A stretch of DNA of 63,507 bases, the filler included, from Barthelona sp. PAP020 (lineage: Eukaryota), in NCBI GenBank assembly GCA_040182905.1. It is 19 parts of 19 records of this genome, joined end to end, with 100 filler letters (N's around TTAATTAATTAA, not from the genome) between each part and the next. Parts side by side here need not be neighbours in the genome. Positions count along the whole stretch, not along the records: positions 7,002 to 10,370 come from JARQWU010000748.1; positions 10,471 to 13,833 come from JARQWU010000749.1; positions 13,934 to 17,294 come from JARQWU010000750.1; positions 17,395 to 20,747 come from JARQWU010000751.1; positions 20,848 to 24,114 come from JARQWU010000752.1; 14 more parts are not named here. One strand, 5' to 3'. Each line of letters begins with the position of its first letter. Positions within the stretch are counted from its first letter, which is position 1. The position numbers and the translations under genes were made by a program. Below are positions 9,590 through 21,848 of this stretch, one piece after another. Below the pieces are notes generated by a model. It was not told where the DNA came from. It saw only the letters and a list, made by a program, of their open reading frames with translations, and did no database searches.

Positions 9590-10159
9590 TTATACTATTA
9601 AACCAACTTCAATGTTATGCTCTGAACAAAATGCTTCAATTTTTACTCTTTTTCGAATTGAGACAGGCATCTTGAAAGATAAAGATTTCTTTAAAAAGCT
9701 CTCGAATAATTCAGATTCTACACTTATTTTGTGCCCAAATTTAGCCAAAGGCAACCCTGTTTTTCCAATTAAAATTTTTGTGAAGTGATTGTTAATTTTT
9801 GGAATTTTTGGATAATCTCTTAAATTTGCGTAAATTTCATGTTTTTTTTTTCCTCTAACCCGTGCTTTTTCAGTAATATCAAAAGTAATACCATATTTTC
9901 TGTAATAATGCTGTTTCAGACATTTTGAAGATACTCTTTCTGAAAAGAAAAAAGATTTGTTTGGTATGCCAATAATTTTCAATCCATACCGTTCATATCG
10001 TTCATGTAATCGTTGTAGCTCTGCCAATTGATACTTTTCTGGTCCCCTACTGGTGATGTTTACTATTAAAATTACTTTTCCATGAAAGTTTTTTAGACTT
10101 CTTTTTTTTCCATCAATTGTATGAAAAGAAGTATTAAGAAATTTTTTTTCGCTGTTCAT
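9590..10159 (-). CDS. Glutathione peroxidase-like protein lacking catalytic Cys/Sec
   Basis: GKVILIVNITS, LQRLHERY..GLKIIGIP, YGITFDITEK, NNHFTKILI match the GPx fold. Confidence 0.8.
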   Translation of the reverse strand: MNSEKKFLNTSFHTIDGKKRSLKNFHGKVILIVNITSRGPEKYQLAELQRLHERYERYGLKIIGIPNKSFFFSERVSSKCLKQHYYRKYGITFDITEKARVRGKKKHEIYANLRDYPKIPKINNHFTKILIGKTGLPLAKFGHKISVESELFESFLKKSLSFKMPVSIRKRVKIEAFCSEHNIEVGLIV

Positions 10160-10273
10160 TCCAGTTTAACATCCAAGTTAAACCTATTTGGAAAAAAGAA
10201 TATAAAGACAATAACTGAGGAACTCATGTTGAAAACAATTCCTGTTAACAAGATAAGAAAATAATAATATAAA

Positions 10274-10370
10274 TTGGTCCAGTTGTGAAACAACTATATT
10301 TATTTACAAAGAAAGTAAACTTAGAAAATACATTCTGCCAGATTTCAGTCAAAATCCCAGGGGGGAATTG
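10274..10370 (+). repeat. R1 left end (truncated by contig end)
   Basis: TTGGTCCAGTTGTGAAACAACTATA... Confidence 0.85.
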
Positions 10371-10470
10371 NNNNNNNNNNNNNNNNNNNNNNNNNNNNNN
10401 NNNNNNNNNNNNNNTTAATTAATTAANNNNNNNNNNNNNNNNNNNNNNNNNNNNNNNNNNNNNNNNNNNN

Positions 10471-10761
10471 AATGATATCCCTGTTATTCAACCTTACGAG
10501 ATTGATCCCAATCAATTTCAACAACTTTGGAGTTCTGATTTGCCAACCATTGAGATTCACATGCAAACTGATGAACTTCCAACAAATTTTAATATTTTAG
10601 CCTCAGGTGGAAATGATGATCTTATTCGTGGATTTGGAACAGGTGTTTGCAATGAACAGTTGGTTCTGGCAGAATTTACTCTTGAAAACAGACAGAATCT
10701 TCAGTGTGTATTGAAATCAATGGATGAACAGGTTTTATTCAACTTGAGAAATGGTTTTTGA
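10471..10761 (+). CDS. Beta-adaptin appendage C-terminal domain fragment (AP-4 beta-like), 5'-truncated
   Basis: IDPNQFQQLW...NILASGG...LVLAEF...CVLKS pattern; frame open from contig start. Confidence 0.5.
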   Translation, partial: NDIPVIQPYEIDPNQFQQLWSSDLPTIEIHMQTDELPTNFNILASGGNDDLIRGFGTGVCNEQLVLAEFTLENRQNLQCVLKSMDEQVLFNLRNGF

Positions 10762-11083
10762 GTTTATGATAATTGTAAATGATATATTGTGCTTTTTTTT
10801 TTGAAACCCCATTTTCAATGTCAAATTTGAAAAAAATTGAACCATAATAACCCATTACTTACGCATTCTGTCAACCGACCAAATTAAGGTCTGACCCTCC
10901 TTATTATTTCATTATCAGTGACCTGCAAAAAATCCGGATTTAATGATGAAGTTTTGAAGTTTTCATATCTCTTTTCTCTTTATCTTCAATTTAATCCTTG
11001 AATTTAACAAAGATATAGACAATGTTACTTTTTACGAAGGATCCTGAAAACAAAAAAAAAAATACAAAATTTACAAAATTTGA

Positions 11084-12892
11084 TCAACTCTCAACATCAC
11101 TGGATAAACTTCCAATAATTTCTTCCAATTGTTCTCTAATTTCCATGTTTGTTTGTTCAGCATTGCAATTTGAGCTGTCAATTTTTTTCATCATAGATAA
11201 CAATTGTTTTTTTAATACATTCATCTTTACATTGGCTGCAATTTGATTCTTTTTTTCAAATTTAACAAGCTTCTTTGACAATTCAAATGAACTGATCCTT
11301 CTATCACATTCATCAACCATCATCTCTTTTATCAAAGGCATCAATAACGGATATGACTTTCCTATTTTTGAAGGTATGTTTCCATTACGAAAATTGTCAA
11401 TCAACTCAACTTTATCTGTGTAAGAATTGAATCCACACATACATAAATACATTGTTAAAGCCAAAGAATATATATCTGATTTTTGTGTTGCTGTCTCCCC
11501 TTTCAAAATTTCAGGGGCAAAAAATAATTGAGTTCCAGTGGCTGTAGAATTGCTTATTTCGTATAAATCGCGAATTTTGGAAATATCAACTAAACCACTG
11601 ACATTTTTACTATAAGGGTCAGAATAATTGAAACCACCCTCCTTTTCATTGAAAGTATTTATTGGAATAAATCTTGACAATCCAAAATCTCCTAAAACAG
11701 CCCTCAATTGATTAATATCTGTTTCTTTTTCCTTGTCACTGTCAATTGAATCGCAATCTGAAAAAAGAAAAATGTTCTCAGGTTTCACATCTCTGTGTGC
11801 AATACCCTTCTTGTGTAAAAAGACTAAAGCATCTACAATTTGTCTCATTATATGAATAATAATATTTTCAGGCAATGCACCATGTGCATTGATATATTGA
11901 CCCAAACAAAGATTCGAACAATATTGCATTTGAATATACATTGAATACTTTGCACCATTCAATACTTGAAACTTACTCATCACAGATCCATTATATTCCA
12001 AACGATCTTGAACAATTTTCCTAGTCGGAGAGTTTGATATTTCTGAATGAGAATTGGTTGAATGAATACTCTCGTCCAAAACAATTACAGTAGGCTCAAT
12101 GCTTGAAGCTCGACGAACTAATTCAGGTGTTTTATTTTCAATAATATATTTGAAATTGGAATCGTCAATATCTTCCACACATATTGAATCAAATACAATT
12201 TCGATTTCGTCACCTTCATCAAAGCTAACTTCATTGTCATTGCCACTGTGCAATAAAAGATATTCATCTGAATTGGATCCCACTTTAAAGTTGCAACAAT
12301 CAAGTGAATCAATAGAACATCCACTGTCGATATCAGATTCAACATTTGAATCATATAAAAACTGAACCTCTGGTGAAATGGTTGAAGTTCTTCCAAACAA
12401 TTGACTTTGAAGAAATTGATCCGTTTCACAATTTATTTCCTCATTTTTTTCCATCCAAGCCGTATAATAACGCACAATATTAGGATGTTCACATGAAGAA
12501 AGTATCTTCACCTCTCTCAAAACATCCAACAATTCAGATTCAGAGAAACAATTTAAAAAACTGGTACTGTCTCGATTATATATAGAAAAATCAACTTTTT
12601 TAATCGCATATGATTTTCCATCTAATTTATTTCTTGCCAAAATAACGGAAGCAAATCCACCTTTGCCAATTTCTTCTAAAACGGTAAATTCTCTAATAAA
12701 TCGTGAATCAGACATATTGTTATAGTTAGAAAAATCATTATTTTTCCCAAACTCCAAAAGAGCATTCCCAAAAGCTTTCAATTTTGAAATAATAATACTA
12801 TCAAAAGAAAATCTATACGACTCAATGCTACTTCCATCTAAATCATGAATACTACACTTGCTGTTATTTGGAGAATCAACTAAAGAAGACAT
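11084..12892 (-). CDS. eIF2-alpha kinase (PEK/GCN2-like)
   Basis: SRFIREF..IGKGGF, LDGKSYAIKK, HPNIVRYYTAW, long acidic insert, YIQMQYC, HRDVKPENIF, GDFGL. Confidence 0.9.
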   Translation of the reverse strand: MSSLVDSPNNSKCSIHDLDGSSIESYRFSFDSIIISKLKAFGNALLEFGKNNDFSNYNNMSDSRFIREFTVLEEIGKGGFASVILARNKLDGKSYAIKKVDFSIYNRDSTSFLNCFSESELLDVLREVKILSSCEHPNIVRYYTAWMEKNEEINCETDQFLQSQLFGRTSTISPEVQFLYDSNVESDIDSGCSIDSLDCCNFKVGSNSDEYLLLHSGNDNEVSFDEGDEIEIVFDSICVEDIDDSNFKYIIENKTPELVRRASSIEPTVIVLDESIHSTNSHSEISNSPTRKIVQDRLEYNGSVMSKFQVLNGAKYSMYIQMQYCSNLCLGQYINAHGALPENIIIHIMRQIVDALVFLHKKGIAHRDVKPENIFLFSDCDSIDSDKEKETDINQLRAVLGDFGLSRFIPINTFNEKEGGFNYSDPYSKNVSGLVDISKIRDLYEISNSTATGTQLFFAPEILKGETATQKSDIYSLALTMYLCMCGFNSYTDKVELIDNFRNGNIPSKIGKSYPLLMPLIKEMMVDECDRRISSFELSKKLVKFEKKNQIAANVKMNVLKKQLLSMMKKIDSSNCNAEQTNMEIREQLEEIIGSLSSDVES

Positions 12893-13665
12893 ATACCAAT
12901 TAGAATGTTGGAGGATGAATTTTTTTTTTTTACTATACCAGTAATAAACTATCTTTTTAACACATCTTTCTTAATTTTCAATGATTTTTGACAATTATGA
13001 AAAAGTTAATCTATATTTAGATTTGCCGGAATTTGTTTGAACATGCCAATTCACATTTTATTCTTATCAAAGAGTAAAACCAAGTTTGTTCACTTGACTT
13101 CAAGCGATGTAAAGAAATTTTCCTCTTTATCAATGATGAAGAGTCACGGATATTTTCATTCAACTATTGTTCTTTGATTGAAGCTTCATTTCATTCTCTT
13201 GATCACTTTAACCATTTTCACTTGAAAATTTTCAAACATTTTGCAACTTACAAATAAATCTGTTTCCATTTGAAATGAATCAATCAAAAATTGTTTAATC
13301 TTGTGCCATTAATGATATGAAATTATGATTCTCTTTTTAATTTCAAAATTTTTTTTCTAGTAACAAATTCTAAATTAATTTCTTCTTCAATTCATGCTTC
13401 ACACAAATTTACGACAATGGTGATGTAAATTTTTATTCAAATGGATGGGATCATCAAGATTTTTGTCAAATCTTTCAGAATTTCAGTTTGTTAAATTGTT
13501 GAGAGTCAATTTTGAAAACATAAATTTAAAAATATATTTTTGATGTTTCCATGGTAAAGTAATTATTTCACCACTTTATTGACCAAGAACAATTAATTGA
13601 ACGTTCAGATAAAGAAATCACAATGATTTTTCAAAATTAATTTTTAATTTTTCTTTTTTTTCAAA

Positions 13666-13833
13666 ATGAATGACTCTATTGTCACATCAGACAGAATTGA
13701 CAAATTGTCAAACAGTTATCAACAGCGACTGGATAAGTTTGAAAAGGAAAGACAAGATCAAAAATTGAAAGAAGATGAAGAATTTAAGAAAGAATATACG
13801 TTCAAACCAAATTTATATGAGAGCGAGTATGAA
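13666..13833 (+). CDS. Hypothetical coiled-coil protein, 5' fragment
   Basis: ATG after T-rich tract, open to contig end; EYTFKPN motif. Confidence 0.45.
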
Positions 13834-13933
13834 NNNNNNNNNNNNNNNNNNNNNNNNNNNNNNNNNNNNNNNNNNNNTTAATTAATTAANNNNNNNNNNN
13901 NNNNNNNNNNNNNNNNNNNNNNNNNNNNNNNNN

Positions 13934-16900
13934 ATTCAAAATCATTATACAAATAACAGTGTTAGGCGTCAATGGACCATATTGTCCAATAGATTGTTTT
14001 TTTATTTTTGCTAAAAGGAAAGATAAAAGATCTTCAACAGTGAATGAATCATGAATAACAATGGTAAAGAATTCAGTTGAAATATTTTTTTTTGCTAATA
14101 TTGCTTCACAACTTTCTGAAAAGAAATGTGCGCCCGTTAACATTATGATAGAAGGTAAATTCCTGATAGAATCCTTTGATATTCTATCAAATAAGACTTC
14201 CAAAAGGAATAATGTATATGTTTCACAATCACTACAAGTTATCAATTCTCCCTGTTCATTTGGAATCAAAACTTCTAATTCAGACGTTTCTGAAAAATTA
14301 AAAAGTTCGTAAAGCATTTTTTGGAAATTCAATCGCATTTTTCGTAAATTTGCTGAATTCCGTAAAGCTCCAAGCATATAATATGTCCAACAACACCATA
14401 TAATAGTCTTTTTTGAAATAATTTCTCTAATTTCTAAATATTCAAGTATTTTCACGCATATTTCAGTCATCGAAAACTCAAGATCTATCATCTTTAAACA
14501 ATACATGTAACAATCAGAATTCCTTTTTCTTTCATGATCAATACGTGTCAGTAATTTAGAGATACTTTCAATATTGACACCATGCTTTTTAAAATCAATT
14601 TCTTTGATCAATTGAATGAAAGAACCATTCAATTGAAATGAAGGAGGAAAGTTTACCCCTAACTTTTGAGAATTTTCAAGCATACAAAAACCAAAATTAT
14701 CTAACAATGACAATGAACCGAAAGAATTAAATTTTGTTACCAAAGGACTATGTTCATACATGATTCCAATTGCTTCAGGTTTAAATGCATTTTCTACTAG
14801 CGAAATCTCAACACCATGTGAAGTATCAACTAAATAAATAAACTTAGCGCGTAATCGCACAGATTGACCATTAACTTCAGCTGCATAAGATGAAAAAGAA
14901 CAAAATTGTTTGGGAATATTTAATTGTAAATATTGCTGCAAGAGAAAAGAAGCTTCTGTTGGTCTACTGATAAACACATAAACAATAGTTAATATTACTG
15001 GACGTTTTGAATTTCTTGGAAAATGATGAACAGCTTTCTGTAGTTTATTTAAGGTTTCTTGCTGAAAATTCCTCAACATTATGGAAACATCATGAAAACT
15101 AGATGTGTCAACAGTAATAACTAACGTATGTGAACGTCTCCGAATTTTATTCGCCAATTCTTTGAAAAACGTTGGTAATATTGTTTGGAGCAATGTTAAT
15201 TGAGTCATTGAATGTACTCCTTCCGAAACAATAGCCACAGTATCATGCATCATCAAAATAGAAAAAAGATTCAAAACTTCTTTAAAAGAAACTGGCGTTC
15301 CTGGTCTTTGTAAATATTTTTTCACATGTGATGGTACCACAACACTTGAAAAAGGATCATAGGCAGCGAATTGCTCAACATTCACTTTCAAAAAATCTGA
15401 AGAAATGTTAGAAAACAAAATTTCAAACAAACGATGATGTTCAGAATGATGAGTGAAACTACCAGCCAAATGATGTAAGGAAAAAGATGTAAATCTTTGA
15501 TGGAATATTTTGAATGCTAATGAAATGGCTAACAATATTGTTTCTTCCAAAGTTTCGATGGATCTATCAGTGTCTGGACGTTGTTTAATTAAAAATGATG
15601 TGAAACTACAAATTCCTTTTATTAATCTACCTGTAGATTGTGTGGAAGGAAAGAATACAATTCCATGAGCTTCACACAAACTTACAAAGTCAATAAATGC
15701 CTTAGCCAATCTATCTGCCAAAGATATAGGTAATGGGAAATGATTTGTAATGATTCCACTAGCCAGCCTGGGAGAAATGTATTCAATGGTGTTATGGTTC
15801 ACAACTGAGAATTCGATTTCTTGATAACAGGCTGATAGTTCAATCACATTATTATTAGCTGTTAAAATGATGGGAGTAGATAATTTTTCTGGAAATTCAT
15901 TGACTAAAATGTGTTTAAAAGGTTCAGGTAATGCATCTACGTAATAGAAAATGATCCAAATTTGGTTCATACTGGTAGAATGAGTTAAATTTCTAAAAAA
16001 CAATCTAAATCCTTCAATATCTAATTTTCCTTCCACTCTAAAACGCTCTTCAATCTCCATTGCTTGTAAGATCATCAATTCAGAAGCGCTAAATTGTGAT
16101 AGGAAACGAATGAATTCTCTCTTTTCCTCAGTAGCTGTTCCCGTTAATATTATGCCTAGATTTGATGAGAATGCAGAACAAACAGATCTAGCAGCCCAAA
16201 CGAAATTGCTGGTAAGCGGGGCAAGATAGTATCCGGTCAAAGCGAATCCTAATTGAAAAGGTACAACTTGTTCAACTGTAGTTTCTTTGGAAGTAACCTC
16301 TGATTGTAAATCTTCAGTATTTTCATCAAATAGACTTTCATCTTCATGAAAAAATATTTGTCTGTTTTCAATTTCATAACTGAAAGGCCAATGTTGAATA
16401 AATTGAAAGATTTGAGCATTCTTCTCCAAACATACATCAAACTTCCTTTTTTCTTCTTCAATTATGGGCATTTCTAACTCATTAGTTTCTTCTTTTTCTT
16501 TAACTGGACGCAAATAAGAATCTACTCTGAAATTTTCAACCCAATCACCGATATTTAACTTAAATACAAAGGGTATACAAATTTGATATATATTTGACAA
16601 ATATAACGTGTTTTCAGGGTGATTTTTATTCATGTCTAAGCCCTTTCTCCAAATAACAATGAAATCAAACACAAACTGCTGAGCATCTACAAAACTGAAA
16701 TGCTGCAATACTTTTTGTAAAATAATAACTGTTAATAAACGTGCCCAGACTAACGGCAAATCAATCACGGTCAAAGCTAACTTTGTTGCAGAATGCTTTT
16801 CTAAAAACTCATTGATGTACGCTCCAGCTTCCTGCTGAAATGAACTTGCAGTACCTAATAGGGCAGAGTTTAACAATTGTACAAATGAACTTGGAGTATA

Positions 16901-17294
16901 ATCACCCAGTAAAGGAACAGTTTGTTTCAGTGACAAGGCTTCATCAGCTATTAATAAGGAAAATCTTTTTGATCCTGATGTGAGACTCGATCCCGATGTC
17001 TTTGAAAAATTAGTGGATTTAGTTCTATTGGTTCCCATGGTAATTCCACCTGATTTTGAAGATCTTGAAGATTGCAACGACTCAGTTTCACTTTCGTGCT
17101 CAAATAACTCTTCCATTCCAGATTGATGGAAAATGAATGTATCTGCATGAACAAAATTATCATCATAATGTGCACAAGTGTGATAAATAGCATTAGTAAA
17201 TTCAGTATGCTCTAAATAAAAGCATGAAACTGAAGGAAATATGTTCAAAAGAAATTGTTGAAAAACTTCAACATCCGCTGAGAATTCTTCTGAA
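13934..17294 (-). CDS. Highly divergent dynein heavy chain-like protein, internal fragment (linker end to AAA3)
   Basis: Frame open across whole contig; FQLGFALTGYYLAPLT (cf. YGYEYLG..LVITPLT), LGIILTGTATEEKR (cf. GPAGTGKT), WIIFYYV (cf. WACFDEF), KIKKQSIGQYGP (cf. KRRKGVYGP). Confidence 0.6.
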
Positions 17295-17394
17295 NNNNNN
17301 NNNNNNNNNNNNNNNNNNNNNNNNNNNNNNNNNNNNNNTTAATTAATTAANNNNNNNNNNNNNNNNNNNNNNNNNNNNNNNNNNNNNNNNNNNN

Positions 17395-17532
17395 AGCCAC
17401 TCATTTTCTGTGGCTGAGATTTAATGAAATGAGTTTTCTCTGATTACTTTTTCTTTGTAAATAAATATAGTTGTTTCACAACTTGACCAATTTATTCACT
17501 CATACGCACAGTGCTTCTTGGCTTGGAAATAA
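17395..17532. repeat. R1 fragments: inverted left end (17395-17490) abutting a right end (17492-17532)
   Basis: TAGTTGTTTCACAACTTGACCAA followed by TTATTCACTCATACGCACAGTGCTTCTTGGCTTGGAAATAA. Confidence 0.8.
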
Positions 17533-18305
17533 TTGGAATGATATTGATTCAAAAAAAATAAGATCCTCAAATATGGGGAAATTTATTTTATTTTATTTTT
17601 TTTAATTCTTTTCATTCGTAATATTTCCATTTATTGTTTTGCCTCATCCCTTATCCAACAAATCAAAAAATATTATTTGTCATATTTTAAACAGGCATTC
17701 TTTAAGTGAACAGTTCTTGAATATTTGTTTCAAACATCGAAATATTTCAGATATTTGCATTCTTTCAGCAACTCTATTCTTTTGACTTTATTTTTTGGTA
17801 TTTCTGGATCCTCTAACCCCTAAAAACAAGGCAAAATTTCTAAAAAAATTCTTTTCAGTTTCAATTCTTTTTCTAGTCATTTCAAAATTTATTAAATTCT
17901 TGATACACTTAAATAAAATTCTTAATTTTATTTTATTTTATGCATTAGCGATTTTAAAACAAACAAAAAATCATTCAATCCCAAAAGCAGGAAAACCCCC
18001 AAAGATTGAAAATCTACTTGCATTTTGAAAAAAGGCTGCTTTATGTTTAGCTTCTTTCACGAATATTTTTGCTTTGTTAATCTTCAATGCTTCTATCAAT
18101 TCTTCTCAATTTTGCACAATTTGTAGTTTTCACATCTGTAACTCTTTCATTTTGATCAAACCATGTTCAATTTGACAATTTTTCCCTTTGTTGATCAAAA
18201 AATACATTCTTTCAAAGTGAAGTATTAAAACTTTCGTAAAAAGAAAAAACGTATTTATAGAACATGAAAATCATATAAAATCGTGTTGACAAACACGAAC
18301 AATCC

Positions 18306-18737
18306 TTATAAGGGCAATATAAATGATAAATCACGTGTTTCACTAGAAAATAATGGGGGTGAATGTTCATCCAAGAATGAACCAACATCATCACAAAAAT
18401 CCACAACTTCTCCATTCGCCAAAGTTAAGAATGTTTCTTTATCTAACGAAGGATTTTGTTTAATTGTTTGTGATGCCTGATTATCACTATACATATCTGA
18501 AGCATTTCGAAGCTTTGAAAGCCTTTTAAATCTTAAACCACATCTATGGCAAAGAGTATTCGATCCATCCGGTCCATCAAATAAACTTTTAGTCTCCCTA
18601 ATTGTACAGCTACAATGTTTGCAATGCCAATTTGGATATTTCTTTCTAATTGTTTCCAAATATAATTCTTGTTCCGGGTCTTTTGTTAAAGCTAAAGCAC
18701 GTTGTAATGGAATGAGCGATGGATTGGTGCTAAGCAT
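18306..18737 (-). CDS. GATA-type zinc-finger protein (C-x2-C-x20-C-x2-C)
   Basis: CKHC...GPDGSNTLCHRCGLRFKR. Confidence 0.8.
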   Translation of the reverse strand: MLSTNPSLIPLQRALALTKDPEQELYLETIRKKYPNWHCKHCSCTIRETKSLFDGPDGSNTLCHRCGLRFKRLSKLRNASDMYSDNQASQTIKQNPSLDKETFLTLANGEVVDFCDDVGSFLDEHSPPLFSSETRDLSFILPL

Positions 18738-19414
18738 AAAAAAAAATTGTATTTATAGCATGATTTTTTTCCTCAAATTTTGTATGTTTTTAACAGTGTC
18801 GAATGGTCACACATAACGATTCAATTCTTCAAATAAAAAAATCTAAATAAAAATATTGTGAAAGAAACAATGAAAATATTTTATAGTTCAAACAGTTGTT
18901 TGTGAAAATTATTTTTCATCACATCCCAAATTAATGTTATTTGAAGAGATAAAAGAAAGAAACAATATTCAAATGACCAACAGTTCTTAAACTGAAAGAC
19001 ATAAAAATAAAAAAGTGCAAAAAAACAATTTTCAGATGAAAAAATTTCTTATTTTAAATAATATACCAAATAAGCAATCAGAATTATTTGACGAAAAAAA
19101 AGTATCTGAAAAAAAAAAACCAAATCTTTTATTTTCCATTATCGAAATTCTTACCATTCAAGACTATTTAAATTGTATCATCTGAAAAAAATCTCCTGTA
19201 AATGAAATATAAGAAAGAAAGAAAAATACCTTTTCGGTTTGTTTTTTGTGCAAAAGTTTAATTCATTCCTTTATTTCAGTTTTGATTTCAAATTCTTCAA
19301 TTGAATCTTTTCTACAATTCTTTTATCAGTTTAAAATACTGATAAACAAGTTAGTGCTGCAAAAATAAACAAAAAAGAATAAATAAAAAAAAGAATCATT
19401 TTATTTTCAAATTT

Positions 19415-20614
19415 ATGAGTAATTCTTCGAATTCTGTTGGATCCAATCCAAAATTGTTGTTAAGAATAGTGCGATATCCGACATTATTAAAAACAGAATC
19501 GAATTATCAAGAATATGACAATTTATTGCATGGTGGGATTGAATTTGAAGATTCTATTCCAAATCATTATCAAATTCCGTTTGGTTTAACAAATTTTTCT
19601 CAATTACCCGAAGTTCATGATGAATTATATCATTTGGAACATATTATTGTTTATGGTTGTGTTATAGGAGGTAGCTCATCCGCTCATTATGTTGTACCAA
19701 GGTTAAGTTTACAAACTGATAGACAAGGATATCGTATTCTAGCTGATTATACAGAAAAGCCATTAGTTTTATTAGAGAGTGACCATTCACATGAAATTTC
19801 CAAATCCATTGTTGTGTCTCATCCTTCAAATCCTGTATTAATAACAAGTATGACATTCACCTTGGAAGTAGCGTATACAGATAACGTTGGCAAAACAAAG
19901 AATTTATCAGTTTCACAACAACTAAATGTACGAAGGCCTTTGTCTGTCATACCAGACGTTAAAAGAATTGATATTCCCAAGCCTGTTTTTTATGTCACTT
20001 TGTTAATAAAAAATTTGCTTCATGATGATATTTTCATTGAACAAGCTTCGTTTGATACATATAAGGGATTCAAAAGCATGAAAATAGAAAATGACAAAGA
20101 AATTGCATTGATATCACCAAATTCAGTTTTAAGAGTTCTTTTTAAAATTGAATCATTGTATTCCATGAATTTAGAAAAATTTGGCACTGTTACTTTGGCG
20201 TGGAGATCTGTTGGAGGTGCAAATGGAAAGATTTTAACACAACCAATTTCAGTGCCAAATAATGATGAAAACACCACAATTTCAATTGAAGCGATTGGTT
20301 TGCCAAAAGAAGTTGTATTTGGAGAGGTCTTTCACCTTACTTTAAAAATCACAAATTTCAGCATTACTCCTCATGCATTTTCGTTAGTAGGTCCAAAGGA
20401 TAATGGAGGTTTTACTTTAATTGGTGAGGATAATATTTCTTTGAAAACTTTGTTGAATAATGAAAGCCATCTTGTGACAATGTCTTTTGTTGGGATAAAG
20501 TTGGGATTGCAAGAATTGAAGAATTTTCAACTCACCGATATTTTACATCAAAAAGTTTTTGATTCAGGTATTATTGGACATATATTAGTTAAACAAACAT
20601 GTAAATCAGATTGA
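19415..20614 (+). CDS. TRAPPC13: TRAPP subunit TRAPPC13/Trs65-like
   Basis: N-terminal LLLRIVRYP, VRRPLSV, FGTVTLAWRSVGGANGKILT (cf. LGKLDIVWR..GERGRLQT), C-terminal Ig-like region with GLQEL. Confidence 0.7.
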   Translation: MSNSSNSVGSNPKLLLRIVRYPTLLKTESNYQEYDNLLHGGIEFEDSIPNHYQIPFGLTNFSQLPEVHDELYHLEHIIVYGCVIGGSSSAHYVVPRLSLQTDRQGYRILADYTEKPLVLLESDHSHEISKSIVVSHPSNPVLITSMTFTLEVAYTDNVGKTKNLSVSQQLNVRRPLSVIPDVKRIDIPKPVFYVTLLIKNLLHDDIFIEQASFDTYKGFKSMKIENDKEIALISPNSVLRVLFKIESLYSMNLEKFGTVTLAWRSVGGANGKILTQPISVPNNDENTTISIEAIGLPKEVVFGEVFHLTLKITNFSITPHAFSLVGPKDNGGFTLIGEDNISLKTLLNNESHLVTMSFVGIKLGLQELKNFQLTDILHQKVFDSGIIGHILVKQTCKSD

Positions 20615-20847
20615 TTTGAAATCTTTTATTTTTTTATTTTTTTAAATAACCATATGACAATATTAGAGCATGAATTTACTCCAAAAGAAGTAAAAGCTCT
20701 GTATGAGAATTATGGGAAACGAATTAAAAAGAATCTACCGGTTTTAGNNNNNNNNNNNNNNNNNNNNNNNNNNNNNNNNNNNNNNNNNNNNTTAATTAAT
20801 TAANNNNNNNNNNNNNNNNNNNNNNNNNNNNNNNNNNNNNNNNNNNN

Positions 20848-21749
20848 TGAACTAAACCTTGAGATAAGCTATATTTCATCTCTAAAGATCTTTCTTTTGT
20901 GAAAAACTCCATTGTTCGATGTTTCACACTGTCAATCAAAAAATGACGAATTGACAAATCACCAATCTGACTATCAACAAATGATTGAACAGCAATATGA
21001 TTAAGAGACACAAATATGTTCTGTAAATTAACGTATAACATGTGAAATGCCTTTTTTTCATGATAGGAGTACCTAAGAAGGTCTCTAAGATATGGACATC
21101 TAAAGTACGTTAATTTGGTTCCAGGATAATATCCACATAATCCTTTGTTGATGTCAACATTGTTTCTAATGTATTCAGCAAGAAATCTTGTTACTATAGA
21201 GCTATAAACTCGATATCCATAGGAATGCAAATATATAGTCTTAAAATTACCAAGAAATTCCGCCATATTATCATCATTGTCAGAATTTTCTTCTTCGTCT
21301 TCTTCTTCCTCATTAACCAATAAAGCATGTGTGAATCTGAAAGGTATTGGAACTTCAATAGAAATGTTGGACGCGTCAAATATTTCAACAAAATTATTTA
21401 GTATTTTTTCATCATTCAACAACAATTCAAGACTAATCATATCATAACCTTCAGGTATAGGACAATTCACATAAGTGTGAGGTAAATCCCATTCGAATCC
21501 TTCCGGTATAATGGTAAAATCAAAGGCATTGATGACAGGATAAAAGTATGAAAAAGCACCTTGATCACCATTCGTTTTTGTCATATTTTCAAAGCATTTT
21601 ACTGATCTATTATGTCTATCAATATGATAATTAAACTCATTTTCAAAACTGACTTTTTGTGATTCTTCATTAATTGATTCATCATGTTCTGAAGGTTCTT
21701 CATCATTAAAACGCACTTGTTTAAACTTTTTTCCTCTCTTTTTCACCAT
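20848..21749 (-). CDS. Hypothetical protein, 3'-truncated
   Basis: Long ORF open to contig end; likely start MVKKRGKK. Confidence 0.6.
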
Positions 21750-21848
21750 AATAAAAGAAAAGACAGAGAAAATTATCAGTTCAATCATAATTTTTGTTTG
21801 TTTTTTGTGAAATAACATTTCCATCTTTTTAAAACCATTTTATTTTTT

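Noticed and set aside
10030..10065. Possible selenocysteine codon in the GPx-like gene
   Set aside because: No in-frame TGA at the active site (AGT AGG GGA CCA)
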